Positions 1 to 8,101 of a DNA stretch of 64,000 nucleotides are shown here, piece after piece. The stretch lies in IMG/VR virus record IMGVR_UViG_3300029374_000001, positions 192,001 through 256,000 of that record; one strand, given 5' to 3'. Below the pieces are notes generated by a model that had not been told where the DNA came from, ran no database searches, and was given only the letters and a program-made list of their open reading frames with translations. The stretch's first letter is position 1; each line of letters opens with the position of its first letter. Made by a program: the position numbers and the translations under genes. The DNA is from a virus.

Positions 1-516
1 CTTAGAATAAAATACAGCATAAATATATCTTAGGTCTGCTATAGTCAATACAGACTTAGTAGACGTACACAAAGTAAAGTTTACTCTGGATACTCTTTCT
101 ATATCATCCTTAATAGAATGGTTAGTAATCGCTAAGAATGTTAGAAGTTCATAATCAATATGCTTTAATGCTTTCAATTGATCAATCTCTTCTTTATTGA
201 TTAGCTCTCCCAGCATGAAGATCAAACCTTTGATATAATTATCGGGATGTAAAGATGTGATGGCATAGTATAACAATGAATCACAGCACATCTTTAAGAA
301 ATCATCTACATTGATTGTATATATCACTTGATAAAGTATAGAGATAAATCTAGAGTTCAATAAGAGCTGTGTATATCTATGTCTATTCTCATAGATCTCA
401 AAGATAATATCTCCATACTTTTGTTTCATTGTATAAAAGATTTCAGAATCAGAGGATTCATCAATATGATCTAAAAAATCTATAATTGATGAATCAATAT
501 AATCATTTGTAATCAT
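1..516 (-). CDS. Hypothetical protein, partial (5' end in window, continues past position 1)
   Basis: ATG at 516..514 with AGGAGG 8 nt upstream (RC of 521-535). Reading frame stays open to the window edge. I checked every + frame-1 triplet 1-516 for RC stops by hand and found none. Translation begins MITNDYIDSSIIDFLDH. Confidence 0.5.
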   Translation of the reverse strand, partial: MITNDYIDSSIIDFLDHIDESSDSEIFYTMKQKYGDIIFEIYENRHRYTQLLLNSRFISILYQVIYTINVDDFLKMCCDSLLYYAITSLHPDNYIKGLIFMLGELINKEEIDQLKALKHIDYELLTFLAITNHSIKDDIERVSRVNFTLCTSTKSVLTIADLRYIYAVFYSK

Positions 517-543
517 ATTAACGTAACCTCCTTTCCCTAACAA

Positions 544-1710
544 TTAGAATTCTGGATCTACTGTAATGGTTTTGGTAAATTTGCCTTTTTCCGTTTTTAC
601 TGTATCTCCAGTAAGTTCACTAAAGAAATCATCTTTAGCCAATCTGACATCTTCTGTAGATTTCTTACTACGAAGCGTATCAAATCCCGTAGAGTCTGTA
701 ACAAATTCTTTAGAGAAGAAATCATCTTTAGATTTATCTACAGAATCAGAATTCTTAACAAATTCTTCATAAGCATTCTCAATATCTTCAATAGGCATTT
801 TTAATCCGCTAATGATAAACTGAAGATAGTTGTGATCATGAAGTTTCTGAATATGAGAGAATGCTTCGAAGGGAAGACCAAATCTTTCTTTCAGAACTTC
901 ATTATTATAGTCTACATAATCTGCTTCTTTATCTGAGATATTCAGAATAGTTCCTCTACGTTTACAGGTAGGTTCTACATTTAATGATTTGGAATCATCT
1001 ATAGCTTCAATCAATTTGGTATTATAAGAATCTACATTCTTTACTTTTCCCAAATCTACGTCTTCTATAACCATGAATCCAGGGGTGTTTACGAGCTTCA
1101 ATAAATCGGATTCGTCGATATTTTGACTTGACTCGGTAATAGTACCACCCAACAGTATTCTGATGCTCTGACAGAACTTTTTGTTTGCCATCTGTTCTGC
1201 TTTAGTTCTATTTCCATGAGCTTCATCTAAGAACTTAGCATTGGAAATAGATTCTACTGTATAATCGGAATCCAGCTCTTTAAACAAATCTACTGTATTC
1301 TTGATTCCTCTGACATCAGAGTTGAATCCGGTAAATACAAAAATATGAACATGGGTCTTATATACAGAACTAATATATTTAGCTAAGATTGGAGTAGCTC
1401 CGGATCCAGTACCACCTTCTGCTGATGTGACAATAATAGTCATGGCATCGTCTGGATCTGCCGGATAATCAAAATCTCCAGATTTTAAATTAGAAATCAT
1501 AATATCTCTGGCCACTGCTCGTTCTTTAGCACAGCCTTTATAATCTCCAACCAGTTCTACAGCATTTTCTCTATATTCGGTCGGAATATCTTTGAGTGTA
1601 GTATTGATTAGAATAATGGAGCTTGCTAATTCAGGAATCTCTTTCATCAATTCGATACCTGCTTTGTTGGCTCCTCCACCTAAGCAAAGTATTTTTGCTT
1701 TCAGTAACAT
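544..1710 (-). CDS. Tubulin/FtsZ-superfamily GTPase (phage PhuZ/TubZ-like)
   Basis: Gly-rich GTP loop 'LGGGANKAG' near the N-terminus. Signature T4-loop 'SAEGGTGSGATP' (tubulin/FtsZ GGGTG(S/T)G motif). Size ~388 aa. Acidic C-terminal tail with duplicated 'KDDFFS(K/E)E' motif, as in PhuZ/TubZ polymerisation tails. ATG at 1710 preferred over the track's TTG at 1713. Confidence 0.75.
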   Translation of the reverse strand: MLLKAKILCLGGGANKAGIELMKEIPELASSIILINTTLKDIPTEYRENAVELVGDYKGCAKERAVARDIMISNLKSGDFDYPADPDDAMTIIVTSAEGGTGSGATPILAKYISSVYKTHVHIFVFTGFNSDVRGIKNTVDLFKELDSDYTVESISNAKFLDEAHGNRTKAEQMANKKFCQSIRILLGGTITESSQNIDESDLLKLVNTPGFMVIEDVDLGKVKNVDSYNTKLIEAIDDSKSLNVEPTCKRRGTILNISDKEADYVDYNNEVLKERFGLPFEAFSHIQKLHDHNYLQFIISGLKMPIEDIENAYEEFVKNSDSVDKSKDDFFSKEFVTDSTGFDTLRSKKSTEDVRLAKDDFFSELTGDTVKTEKGKFTKTITVDPEF

Positions 1711-2159
1711 CAATAATCATCTCCTTCATCGTCATAATAATTTTCATCATTGGTAGCAAGACACCCCTCAGTATCTTTGAGAAAGATATTAAACATTGCT
1801 TTATATTGCAGTTTATCTCTCTTAGATGCTTTGGTGAATTGACCTTTGATTGATTTGGTTTTTAGATAGGTATTTCGGTATATATTGACCCCATTGTGTA
1901 AACCGTAATACTCTATTTTTAAAGTGTTCTTCCCTAAATTGATAAGTAAAGTGGGAAGATGATCTTTTGTATTACCGTATACATATTTCTTAGGGCTTGT
2001 TTCCATATTTATTTGAAATTGGAAATTGTCTTGATTGGTAAAGTATAGAGGGTTTAGCTCGCCAACATTAATGTCGACTATATGTAAATATGGCATTCCA
2101 AATCCTACATCGATAGGCATTGATTTAGCCTTTTTATTCTTTATCTTTTTCTTATTCAT
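1710..2159 (-). CDS. Hypothetical protein (basic N-terminus)
   Basis: ORF-track frame. Start moved to the internal ATG (MNKKKIKNKK...), which has GGAGGG 7 nt upstream. The track start at 2174 lacks an SD. Confidence 0.5.
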   Translation of the reverse strand: MNKKKIKNKKAKSMPIDVGFGMPYLHIVDINVGELNPLYFTNQDNFQFQINMETSPKKYVYGNTKDHLPTLLINLGKNTLKIEYYGLHNGVNIYRNTYLKTKSIKGQFTKASKRDKLQYKAMFNIFLKDTEGCLATNDENYYDDEGDDY

Positions 2160-2174
2160 TTGTATACCCTCCAT

Positions 2175-2213
2175 AAAAATATAAAATCAAAACAGGTCTT
2201 ATGGCCTGTTTTG
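2175..2213 (-). terminator. Rho-independent terminator (11-bp stem incl. one G-U, loop TTAT, followed on the minus strand by a T-run)
   Basis: caaaacaggtc/ggcctgttttg inverted repeat at 2188-2213. Minus-strand downstream sequence is attttatattttt. Lies immediately 3' of the 2230..2976 gene. Confidence 0.5.
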
Positions 2214-2229
2214 ATTTATTTGTCGGATA

Positions 2230-2976
2230 CTACAATGCGTTAGTTGATCTATCCATAATATTGGATATTGCATATGGCCAATTTGGATCTGTTGCGTAAT
2301 TGGCATCTTTCATGGATTGCAACGTAGTATAACCATTATTATAGTAATGTTTTGCAATCCACTTGGCTCCATTAATAATTCCTTCTTCTATGGAGTCGCC
2401 CATAACAAAACCCCGACCAGGGTCTGCATCAATACAATTGATACCAAAATAATTGTGTTTAGTTCTGGCAATGTATGATGTTCCCCATGCGGATTCTATA
2501 GCAGCATGGGCTAGGATATAAATTGGGTTAAGTCCAGTTTCTTGAGAGGCCTTGATAAACACGTCTCCTTTGCCCTGAAAGTTGGATTGAACGCCCATAT
2601 GGAACACCCAATAGTCGATAATTTTATTCATATCCTTGGTTGTCAGTTTCATATCTACATTAGACAAATCGGAATAGTTATTATATCCCATATTTTTAAT
2701 GTAAGATACATTAGTTGCATGTTCTTCTAAAACTTTTTCCTGTTTTTGATCAATTTGTTTCTGGTTATCACGAATTTCGTATAACACATCTAGCACGTTT
2801 TCATTAGCTGTTTGTGCTTCGGTTAATTGTTTCTGCATGGCATTTACTTTAATGGAGACGTCCATTAGATTTCCCCATAATACAATATTTGACACACAAT
2901 AAACAATATACAAAAGTACGGCAATATACATCTTCTTAGCAATTCCCGTTCTTTTGGAGTTTTTCGTACAATACAT
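2230..2976 (-). CDS. Peptidoglycan hydrolase, GH73 (FlgJ/AcmA-type N-acetylglucosaminidase) with N-terminal transmembrane/signal-anchor and coiled-coil linker; endolysin candidate
   Basis: C-terminal domain 'YILAHAAIESAWGTSYIAR...NYFGINC...GY' matches the GH73 catalytic region (E-S-x-W-G ... FGI ... Y). Hydrophobic N-terminus IAVLLYIVYCVSNIVLWG. Start set at MYCTKN (AGGAG 9 nt upstream) rather than the track's 2985. Confidence 0.65.
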   Translation of the reverse strand: MYCTKNSKRTGIAKKMYIAVLLYIVYCVSNIVLWGNLMDVSIKVNAMQKQLTEAQTANENVLDVLYEIRDNQKQIDQKQEKVLEEHATNVSYIKNMGYNNYSDLSNVDMKLTTKDMNKIIDYWVFHMGVQSNFQGKGDVFIKASQETGLNPIYILAHAAIESAWGTSYIARTKHNYFGINCIDADPGRGFVMGDSIEEGIINGAKWIAKHYYNNGYTTLQSMKDANYATDPNWPYAISNIMDRSTNAL

Positions 2977-3118
2977 ACTTAGCATCTCCTTAAGAATTCG
3001 AATACGATAGTTGAAGTATATGTCAAAAAGAAAAGAGTTATACCCTTAGGTATAACTCGTTGTCTTTGTTAGTTTCCTTCATATAGAAGGTATAGAGATA
3101 AAATTAGAATAGACTCTC

Positions 3119-3244
3119 TTATTTCTTTTCTTTTTCTTTAGATTCTTGATAGGTCTTCTGATCTTTTTCAGATAGTTCTTCTACCATACCACCAAGATCG
3201 CCATCTTCGGTAATAACCGAGATCTTTTCTTCTTTATCACTCAT
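3119..3244 (-). CDS. Small acidic protein (41 aa), not in ORF track
   Basis: ATG at 3244 with AAAAAAGGAGG 9 nt upstream. Translation MSDKEEKISVITEDGDLGGMVEELSEKDQKTYQESKEKEKK, stop at 3119. Below the track's length cut-off. Confidence 0.3.
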   Translation of the reverse strand: MSDKEEKISVITEDGDLGGMVEELSEKDQKTYQESKEKEKK

Positions 3245-3297
3245 GATATAATACCTCCTTTTTTAATAATTGGATTACTCATAAGTTTTGAATTAAA

Positions 3298-3675
3298 TTA
3301 CTTTTTAGATTTCTTAGCCTTTTTGGCTACAGGTTTAGTTACTTTCTTCTTAGCGGCCGGTTTCTTTACAACTTTCTTTGCCGTTTTCTTGGGAATATAC
3401 GGCTTATTCAGAAGCAGTTTATCTTCCATATGCTTTATTCTGTATGCTTTACCCCAAGCAATAGCATCTTTCTTTTCTGCATTCTTAAGCACTTTGATAA
3501 CTCTTACTGACAGATATTTTTCAGTAATTGTTTTGTCATAAAACCGAAGAGTATTGGTATCTACGGTAAGCTGTCTAGCAACAAATGCTTCTCTGTCTAA
3601 GGATGAAGCAGTAATTACATACTTCTTCGTTTTTGTGTTCATTACTTTGTACACTCTGTAATCTTTTTTATCCAT
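3298..3675 (-). CDS. Lysine-rich DNA-binding-like protein (histone H1-like K/A/P tail)
   Basis: C-terminal tail KKTAKKVVKKPAAKKKVTKPVAKKAKKSKK. AAAGGAG 8 nt upstream of ATG. Confidence 0.5.
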   Translation of the reverse strand: MDKKDYRVYKVMNTKTKKYVITASSLDREAFVARQLTVDTNTLRFYDKTITEKYLSVRVIKVLKNAEKKDAIAWGKAYRIKHMEDKLLLNKPYIPKKTAKKVVKKPAAKKKVTKPVAKKAKKSKK

Positions 3676-3691
3676 GTTCTTTTCTCCTTTT

Positions 3692-3721
3692 GGAATAAAA
3701 CGTCGTACCTAAATTTGGTAC
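3692..3721 (-). terminator. Rho-independent terminator (gtacc-taaattt-ggtac) downstream of 3747..4487
   Basis: 5-bp GC-containing stem with 7-nt loop. Minus-strand T-run gacgttttattcc follows. Confidence 0.35.
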
Positions 3722-3746
3722 TCTTAATAATAATATATAACTCAAA

Positions 3747-4487
3747 TTAGCTTTCTCTATGAATCCTATTTTCTGTTCTCTTATCTACTGTATGTGGTAA
3801 ATAGTATCCTGTCATAATCAAATTGCTGGCTATACCAGCTCCAATCAAATAAGCATTGAATGTATTACGAGCAATAGAGTCTTGTTTAGAAACTTCTACA
3901 TCTTTTAAGGACACCATATTCTTTTCTGAAATGGTAGCATAAAAAGCATCTTTTGCTCTCATAGCATCTGCTCTATAAGTTGAAAACTCTCTCATTGTAT
4001 TGGGCAATCCCATTACAGCTAAGCATTCCATCTCTCTATCAGACATATTTCCATTCTTATCCTTATTGATCAGTCTACCATTCTTCATATTTCGTTCATC
4101 AATATTGATGGACATAGAGTTCTTCTTAGCTAAGAACTGCTTCATTTTCTTTATAGGAACATAGACAACCATAGCATCATAGTTAGTTTTAACTGGTCTG
4201 CCTTTATTGTCTGTGTATAAGAATGGCATATATAGTTTTTCCATTAGTGGTACATGAATGGTGTCTAAAGCTTTAGTAATCTGATCCATCTTTGGTTCGA
4301 TTTCAAATGTTCTCATTTGAAACTTCAATGGAAATTCTTGCTTAAAATACTCATAGAATTGATCATTGGTCATGCCTTTGAATTTATTCATATACCAGGT
4401 TTTATTCTGTTCTGTGGGGTCTAAAATATCCATTACTTTATAGATTAAGAGTTCTACTTCTTTACGTTGTTTGGATGTAATTGCCAT
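3747..4487 (-). CDS. Hypothetical protein
   Basis: Long ORF. Start set at MAITSKQRK (GAGAGGTG 5 nt upstream) instead of the track's 4502. Confidence 0.55.
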   Translation of the reverse strand: MAITSKQRKEVELLIYKVMDILDPTEQNKTWYMNKFKGMTNDQFYEYFKQEFPLKFQMRTFEIEPKMDQITKALDTIHVPLMEKLYMPFLYTDNKGRPVKTNYDAMVVYVPIKKMKQFLAKKNSMSINIDERNMKNGRLINKDKNGNMSDREMECLAVMGLPNTMREFSTYRADAMRAKDAFYATISEKNMVSLKDVEVSKQDSIARNTFNAYLIGAGIASNLIMTGYYLPHTVDKRTENRIHRES

Positions 4488-4564
4488 ATTAGCACCTCTC
4501 AAGCCTTATATAACTATTATGAGTATGTTTTTATTCTAGATTTAGGTATGGAAAATATTGAAAA

Positions 4565-4621
4565 ATACAAAAAATAATACATATAATTAAAGAGAAAGCT
4601 CACAGGAGGCAAGCTTTCTCT
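4565..4621 (-). terminator. Rho-independent terminator (10-bp stem agagaaagct/agctttctct) plus minus-strand T-run
   Basis: Hairpin 4591-4621. The minus strand continues ttaattatatgtattattttttgtattttt. Sits 3' of the small ORF 4669..4842. Confidence 0.45.
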
Positions 4622-4668
4622 TGGACATATAGCCGTAAGAGCCTTATCACAAGACTCTAAAAGAATCA

Positions 4669-4842
4669 TTACGATTCTAAGATGTAATCTTGTGTTTTCA
4701 CAAGATTGTTGAGAAATGCTATTTTCATTTTGTAATAGCATTCTTTGTTCTGATCTGTTATCGGGATTGACTCCAGATCAGATAGTGCTTTTCTAAGAGT
4801 ACTGATATACTCTTTAGCACTAATTGAATTATGCTTATTCAT
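4669..4842 (-). CDS. Small protein (57 aa), paralog of 49751..49930
   Basis: Not in track (<60 aa). ATG at 4842 with AAAAGGAGG 8 nt upstream. Translation MNKHNSISAKEYISTLRKALSDLESIPITDQNKECYYKMKIAFLNNLVKTQDYILES. Clearly homologous to the 49751..49930 product (HNSISA, KAL(S/F)DLE, NKE(C/Y)Y, FL(N/T)NLVK(T/I)QD). Supersedes the track ORF 4517..4741. Confidence 0.45.
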   Translation of the reverse strand: MNKHNSISAKEYISTLRKALSDLESIPITDQNKECYYKMKIAFLNNLVKTQDYILES

Positions 4843-4905
4843 AATCCAAGTCCTCCTTTTTATAGGGATAAGAGAATATAGTTCCAGCTATATTCTCTTT
4901 CATCT

Positions 4906-4972
4906 CTATAGTATATAAATAAAAAGAACTTAGATTACAAAAAATAAACACTGGCTCATATGAGCCAGTGTT
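4906..4972 (-). promoter_or_regulatory. Terminator-promoter module: perfect palindrome aacactggctcat|atgagccagtgtt (4947-4972), T-run, then sigma70-like TTGTAA-N17-TATATA (minus strand)
   Basis: Read on the minus strand, the order is hairpin, then tattttttg, then TTGTAA (RC of 4935-4940), then a 17-nt spacer, then TATATA (RC of 4912-4917). The same architecture recurs at 5395..5450, 9238..9304 and 49998..50064. Confidence 0.4.
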
Positions 4973-4977
4973 CCAAT

Positions 4978-5331
4978 TTAACCATTCGCGTCTGTAGCAT
5001 AATGTGCTATATAGACTCTATTCTTAGTAGAAGATCCTCCGACAAATCCGCGTACAGCATCTTTGATGATCTTCTCAACTTTGGCTTTTGTATCTTTACA
5101 ATACTTGCCAACAGATTTATACGTCGTGTTGAGAATAACAGGATCATTCCATTCATCGACTGGTATCGTCATGATTTTAATAGATACTCTTGATGGTTTC
5201 TCTTCATTGTAGCAGACTGAGGCCTGATATCTACCAATGAATTCGTCGTCGATGATCAGATTGAATCTGTACATGTACTGAGTCAATCCGTTTGGGAAAA
5301 CCGTCTCTGTGAATGGTCTCAAAATAATCAT
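4978..5331 (-). CDS. Hypothetical protein
   Basis: ORF with AGGAGG 7 nt upstream of ATG 5331. Confidence 0.55.
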   Translation of the reverse strand: MIILRPFTETVFPNGLTQYMYRFNLIIDDEFIGRYQASVCYNEEKPSRVSIKIMTIPVDEWNDPVILNTTYKSVGKYCKDTKAKVEKIIKDAVRGFVGGSSTKNRVYIAHYATDANG

Positions 5332-5394
5332 TATAGTCCTCCTTTTGACTAAAACAATTTAAGAAGTATTTGTACATTATACTTCTTTCCATCT

Positions 5395-5450
5395 ATATAA
5401 TATATAATCAAAAAAGAAATAGATTACAAAGAGCCATTATGGCTCTTTGT
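5395..5450 (-). promoter_or_regulatory. Terminator-promoter module (palindrome acaaagagccat|atggctctttgt, T-run, TTGTAA-N17-TATATA)
   Basis: Hairpin 5426-5450. Minus strand then reads aatctatttcttttttgattatatattatata. The -35 is the RC of 5424-5429 and the -10 is the RC of 5401-5406. Same consensus as three other sites. Confidence 0.4.
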
Positions 5451-5463
5451 AATTTTAAATGAA

Positions 5464-6519
5464 TTATTGAATATACTTAAACAGTTCATCTATACTGCTC
5501 ATAGAGAATCCTGCGGCATGAGGATGTCCTCCTCCACCCAGTTTTTCGCATAATTCATTTACTTCTACTCTATTTTCAGCACTATACATGCTGACTTTTA
5601 TATTTCCATACATATCCGGTCTATTGATCAGCATACAGAAATCGTACTTATTCAGATCGTCTCCAAATGCAATGGAATTGCCAAAACCGAACATATAGCA
5701 CACACGATAGATATGACCATCAATATGGAAAAGGCCTTTTCTATGAAAAGCTGCAAATTTGACTTTGTATTTTTGTTGTTGTAATTCATATAGTTCTTCT
5801 CCGACTTGTAAAGCTTCTTGCAAAAAATCCCTATTATATAATAGTTTATCCATAATATTAGAATTTACAAATAAACTGCTAGATTCCCAGCAATAGGTAT
5901 TCAAATAATCACAATTACGATAGTCGTTGATCTTACGATCCCAACGATCGTATTGGTCCACTAGGTCAATGGTCTTGGGATTGACCACATCAGAAATCTT
6001 TTTATTCTTATTCTTATAGTGGACATCTTTAAATAGATTATAGATATTCATAGCTCCACAACCCTTAACGTCAATATAAAATGCCAAATCGCCACGTTTC
6101 ATAATATCTTCATCACTGTCTATGAGATCTTTAAGAATCCCAATAGACGTCATATGATGATCGATAATCAGTATATTGCTGACTCTATGCAAAATATTCT
6201 TAATCTGGGATTCTGATAATGAAAGGTCAACGATGAATACTTCAGATCCTAACGGAATCTTATCAACCAAATCATATCCAGCTTGATAATTATATTCCAC
6301 ATAATGAATATCGATTTTTGGAGAATCAAATGTTTTCAATAATTCTCTAATCATTAGAGCAGAGAATATACCATCCATATCATTATGATGAACTATGGTT
6401 ATATTGACGGATGAACATTCTTCTGATTGAATGTTGTCTACGATAGAATGTATGATTGTTGGTGTTTGCTTAGACGCAATTAATTCTTTCTCTTTATATT
6501 CTACCAATTCTTCATTCAT
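5464..6519 (-). CDS. DHH/DHHA1-family phosphoesterase (NrnA-like nanoRNase / pAp phosphatase fold)
   Basis: Motifs 'VHHNDMDG' (I/II), 'IIDHHMTS' (DHH) and 'GGGGHPHAAGFSM' (DHHA1 GGGH). Start set at MNEELVEY (AAGGAGAATAAAG) rather than the track's 6537. Confidence 0.7.
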   Translation of the reverse strand: MNEELVEYKEKELIASKQTPTIIHSIVDNIQSEECSSVNITIVHHNDMDGIFSALMIRELLKTFDSPKIDIHYVEYNYQAGYDLVDKIPLGSEVFIVDLSLSESQIKNILHRVSNILIIDHHMTSIGILKDLIDSDEDIMKRGDLAFYIDVKGCGAMNIYNLFKDVHYKNKNKKISDVVNPKTIDLVDQYDRWDRKINDYRNCDYLNTYCWESSSLFVNSNIMDKLLYNRDFLQEALQVGEELYELQQQKYKVKFAAFHRKGLFHIDGHIYRVCYMFGFGNSIAFGDDLNKYDFCMLINRPDMYGNIKVSMYSAENRVEVNELCEKLGGGGHPHAAGFSMSSIDELFKYIQ

Positions 6520-6916
6520 CTTTATTCTCCTTATCACTCAGCTGTCTTTTCAATATACAATCCAATGTCGAATAATGAAAATCAAAAAATGATAAAATCA
6601 CAATCATACCTGCATTATTGAAAATAATAGATGCACTATCGGGTGTTAGTTGCCTAATAAATCCTTCTTCGAACATCATTTTCATAGTTATATTCGCAGT
6701 ATCTATCAAATATAAACATTTATCTACAAATTCTTCATATGTCAATGTCTTATTGATATTGGTAGGAAAAGTTTCTGATTCGATTATATTCAGATTTTTA
6801 TAATATGTATATATATCTTTAATAGTAAATATTTCGTTATTTAAGTCAATGGAATCAGAGTTATACAATCCTTTAATCACTTTGAGTAAATATTCAGTAT
6901 TATTATTTTCGCTCAT
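6512..6916 (-). CDS. Hypothetical protein (134 aa)
   Basis: Track ORF 6512..7117 trimmed to the internal ATG (MSENNNTEYLL), which has GGAGAGG upstream. The discarded 5' extension overlaps the previous gene's terminator hairpin. Confidence 0.5.
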   Translation of the reverse strand: MSENNNTEYLLKVIKGLYNSDSIDLNNEIFTIKDIYTYYKNLNIIESETFPTNINKTLTYEEFVDKCLYLIDTANITMKMMFEEGFIRQLTPDSASIIFNNAGMIVILSFFDFHYSTLDCILKRQLSDKENKDE

Positions 6917-6927
6917 ATTGTTATCCT

Positions 6928-6970
6928 CTCCAATATAAAAATAAAACAGGAGAGTTTGGTCTCCTGTTTT
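6928..6970 (-). terminator. Rho-independent terminator (aaaacaggag..ctcctgtttt, 10-bp stem) followed by atttttatatt on the minus strand
   Basis: Inverted repeat 6943-6970 immediately 3' of the 6975..7424 gene. Confidence 0.5.
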
Positions 6971-6974
6971 ACAA

Positions 6975-7424
6975 TTACTTATACTTGTCTTCATACTTTT
7001 GTTCTGGATTAATATCGTGCATAAGCTCAGCAATGAATACTGCCAATATACTATTAGCTCCCAGCCGAGTAAAGATTGTAGATGTAACGGGGTTGCCAGT
7101 CTTTTTAGCATACCCATTATTGGTCATCTGTTCAAGCATCTTCTTATTCTTTTTGAGATAATCTGTGAACAACTTCTGAAACTTTTCAAATGTGGATAGT
7201 TTCTCACCCAGTGTAGCATTCAATTCGGCACTCTGCTCTTTTACATCCCACTGATTGTATATGTTTCTGATAGTGAAAACATCATTATTCAGATTAACAA
7301 TATATACTGGTTCATCACTATGAAGAACGTTTGCATGATGATTGCAACAACTGCCGCAATGGCAGTTTCCTTCAATCTTATTGGTATGTAAGATTGTTCT
7401 TTGTCTTTTAATATATGGTCTCAT
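6975..7424 (-). CDS. Hypothetical protein with Cys/His cluster (CHCGSCCNHH)
   Basis: AGGTGA 6 nt upstream of ATG 7424. Possible small metal-binding site near the N-terminus. Confidence 0.5.
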   Translation of the reverse strand: MRPYIKRQRTILHTNKIEGNCHCGSCCNHHANVLHSDEPVYIVNLNNDVFTIRNIYNQWDVKEQSAELNATLGEKLSTFEKFQKLFTDYLKKNKKMLEQMTNNGYAKKTGNPVTSTIFTRLGANSILAVFIAELMHDINPEQKYEDKYK

Positions 7425-8101
7425 GTTCTATCACCTACTGCATCTTTCCATGGAGTATCAAAAAATCCATTAAATTCTTTATCATCCAAATCTCTAAATT
7501 CATAATACATTTTAACAGCAATATGATGAATACGTGAAGTTTCATCATTTAACGTAGAATATATATTCTGCTGCATAATGAACTTCAGCATATGGTAAAT
7601 TGTATATAAGGTATTCACCATAATTGTACGATCTACCGTCTCATCAGTTAAAGAATACTTATCCTCAACAATATCTTTCAATACAGATTCAAAGGATGGA
7701 GTTTCCTTAGATGTAAAGATTGTTCTCAGAGAAGCCAATGCTTTTTCTAGAATAGGATTATCATCCAGATAGTGCCCATTCAAATACCATTCTGGAACAA
7801 TATTAGCTAAGTATGCCTTAGAATATGCTGTATGCCAAATATAACGAGATAGCCGTTTATTTGATACAGCAACAGAGTTTGATTGTATAACATTGATAAC
7901 AAACTTCTCTTCTGTGTTTAATACAGGTCTATCCTTAACATTGTCTCTGATCATATATTCCAATATAGAAAATAGATAGGTCGGAGTAATAATACGCTCG
8001 ATAAACTTATCCATATTTCCTTTTTGACAATACACAACACCATCTCTATTCGTTACAATCTCTTTTAATTCTCTCATCTTCTCTTCATTGAAGTCAATCA
8101 T
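7421..8101 (-). CDS. Hypothetical protein
   Basis: ATG at 8101 overlaps the TGA of the upstream gene (ATGA coupling). Confidence 0.55.
   Translation of the reverse strand: MIDFNEEKMRELKEIVTNRDGVVYCQKGNMDKFIERIITPTYLFSILEYMIRDNVKDRPVLNTEEKFVINVIQSNSVAVSNKRLSRYIWHTAYSKAYLANIVPEWYLNGHYLDDNPILEKALASLRTIFTSKETPSFESVLKDIVEDKYSLTDETVDRTIMVNTLYTIYHMLKFIMQQNIYSTLNDETSRIHHIAVKMYYEFRDLDDKEFNGFFDTPWKDAVGDRT

Noticed and set aside
4517-4741. 74-aa minus-strand track ORF
   Set aside because: It has no SD and an odd composition. The same region is better explained by the SD-led 57-aa ORF 4669..4842, which has a clear paralog at 49751..49930, together with its downstream terminator.
6917-7117. N-terminal extension of track ORF 6512..7117
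   Set aside because: The extension runs through the terminator hairpin of the upstream gene and overlaps 6975..7424. The internal ATG at 6916 has a GGAGAGG SD.
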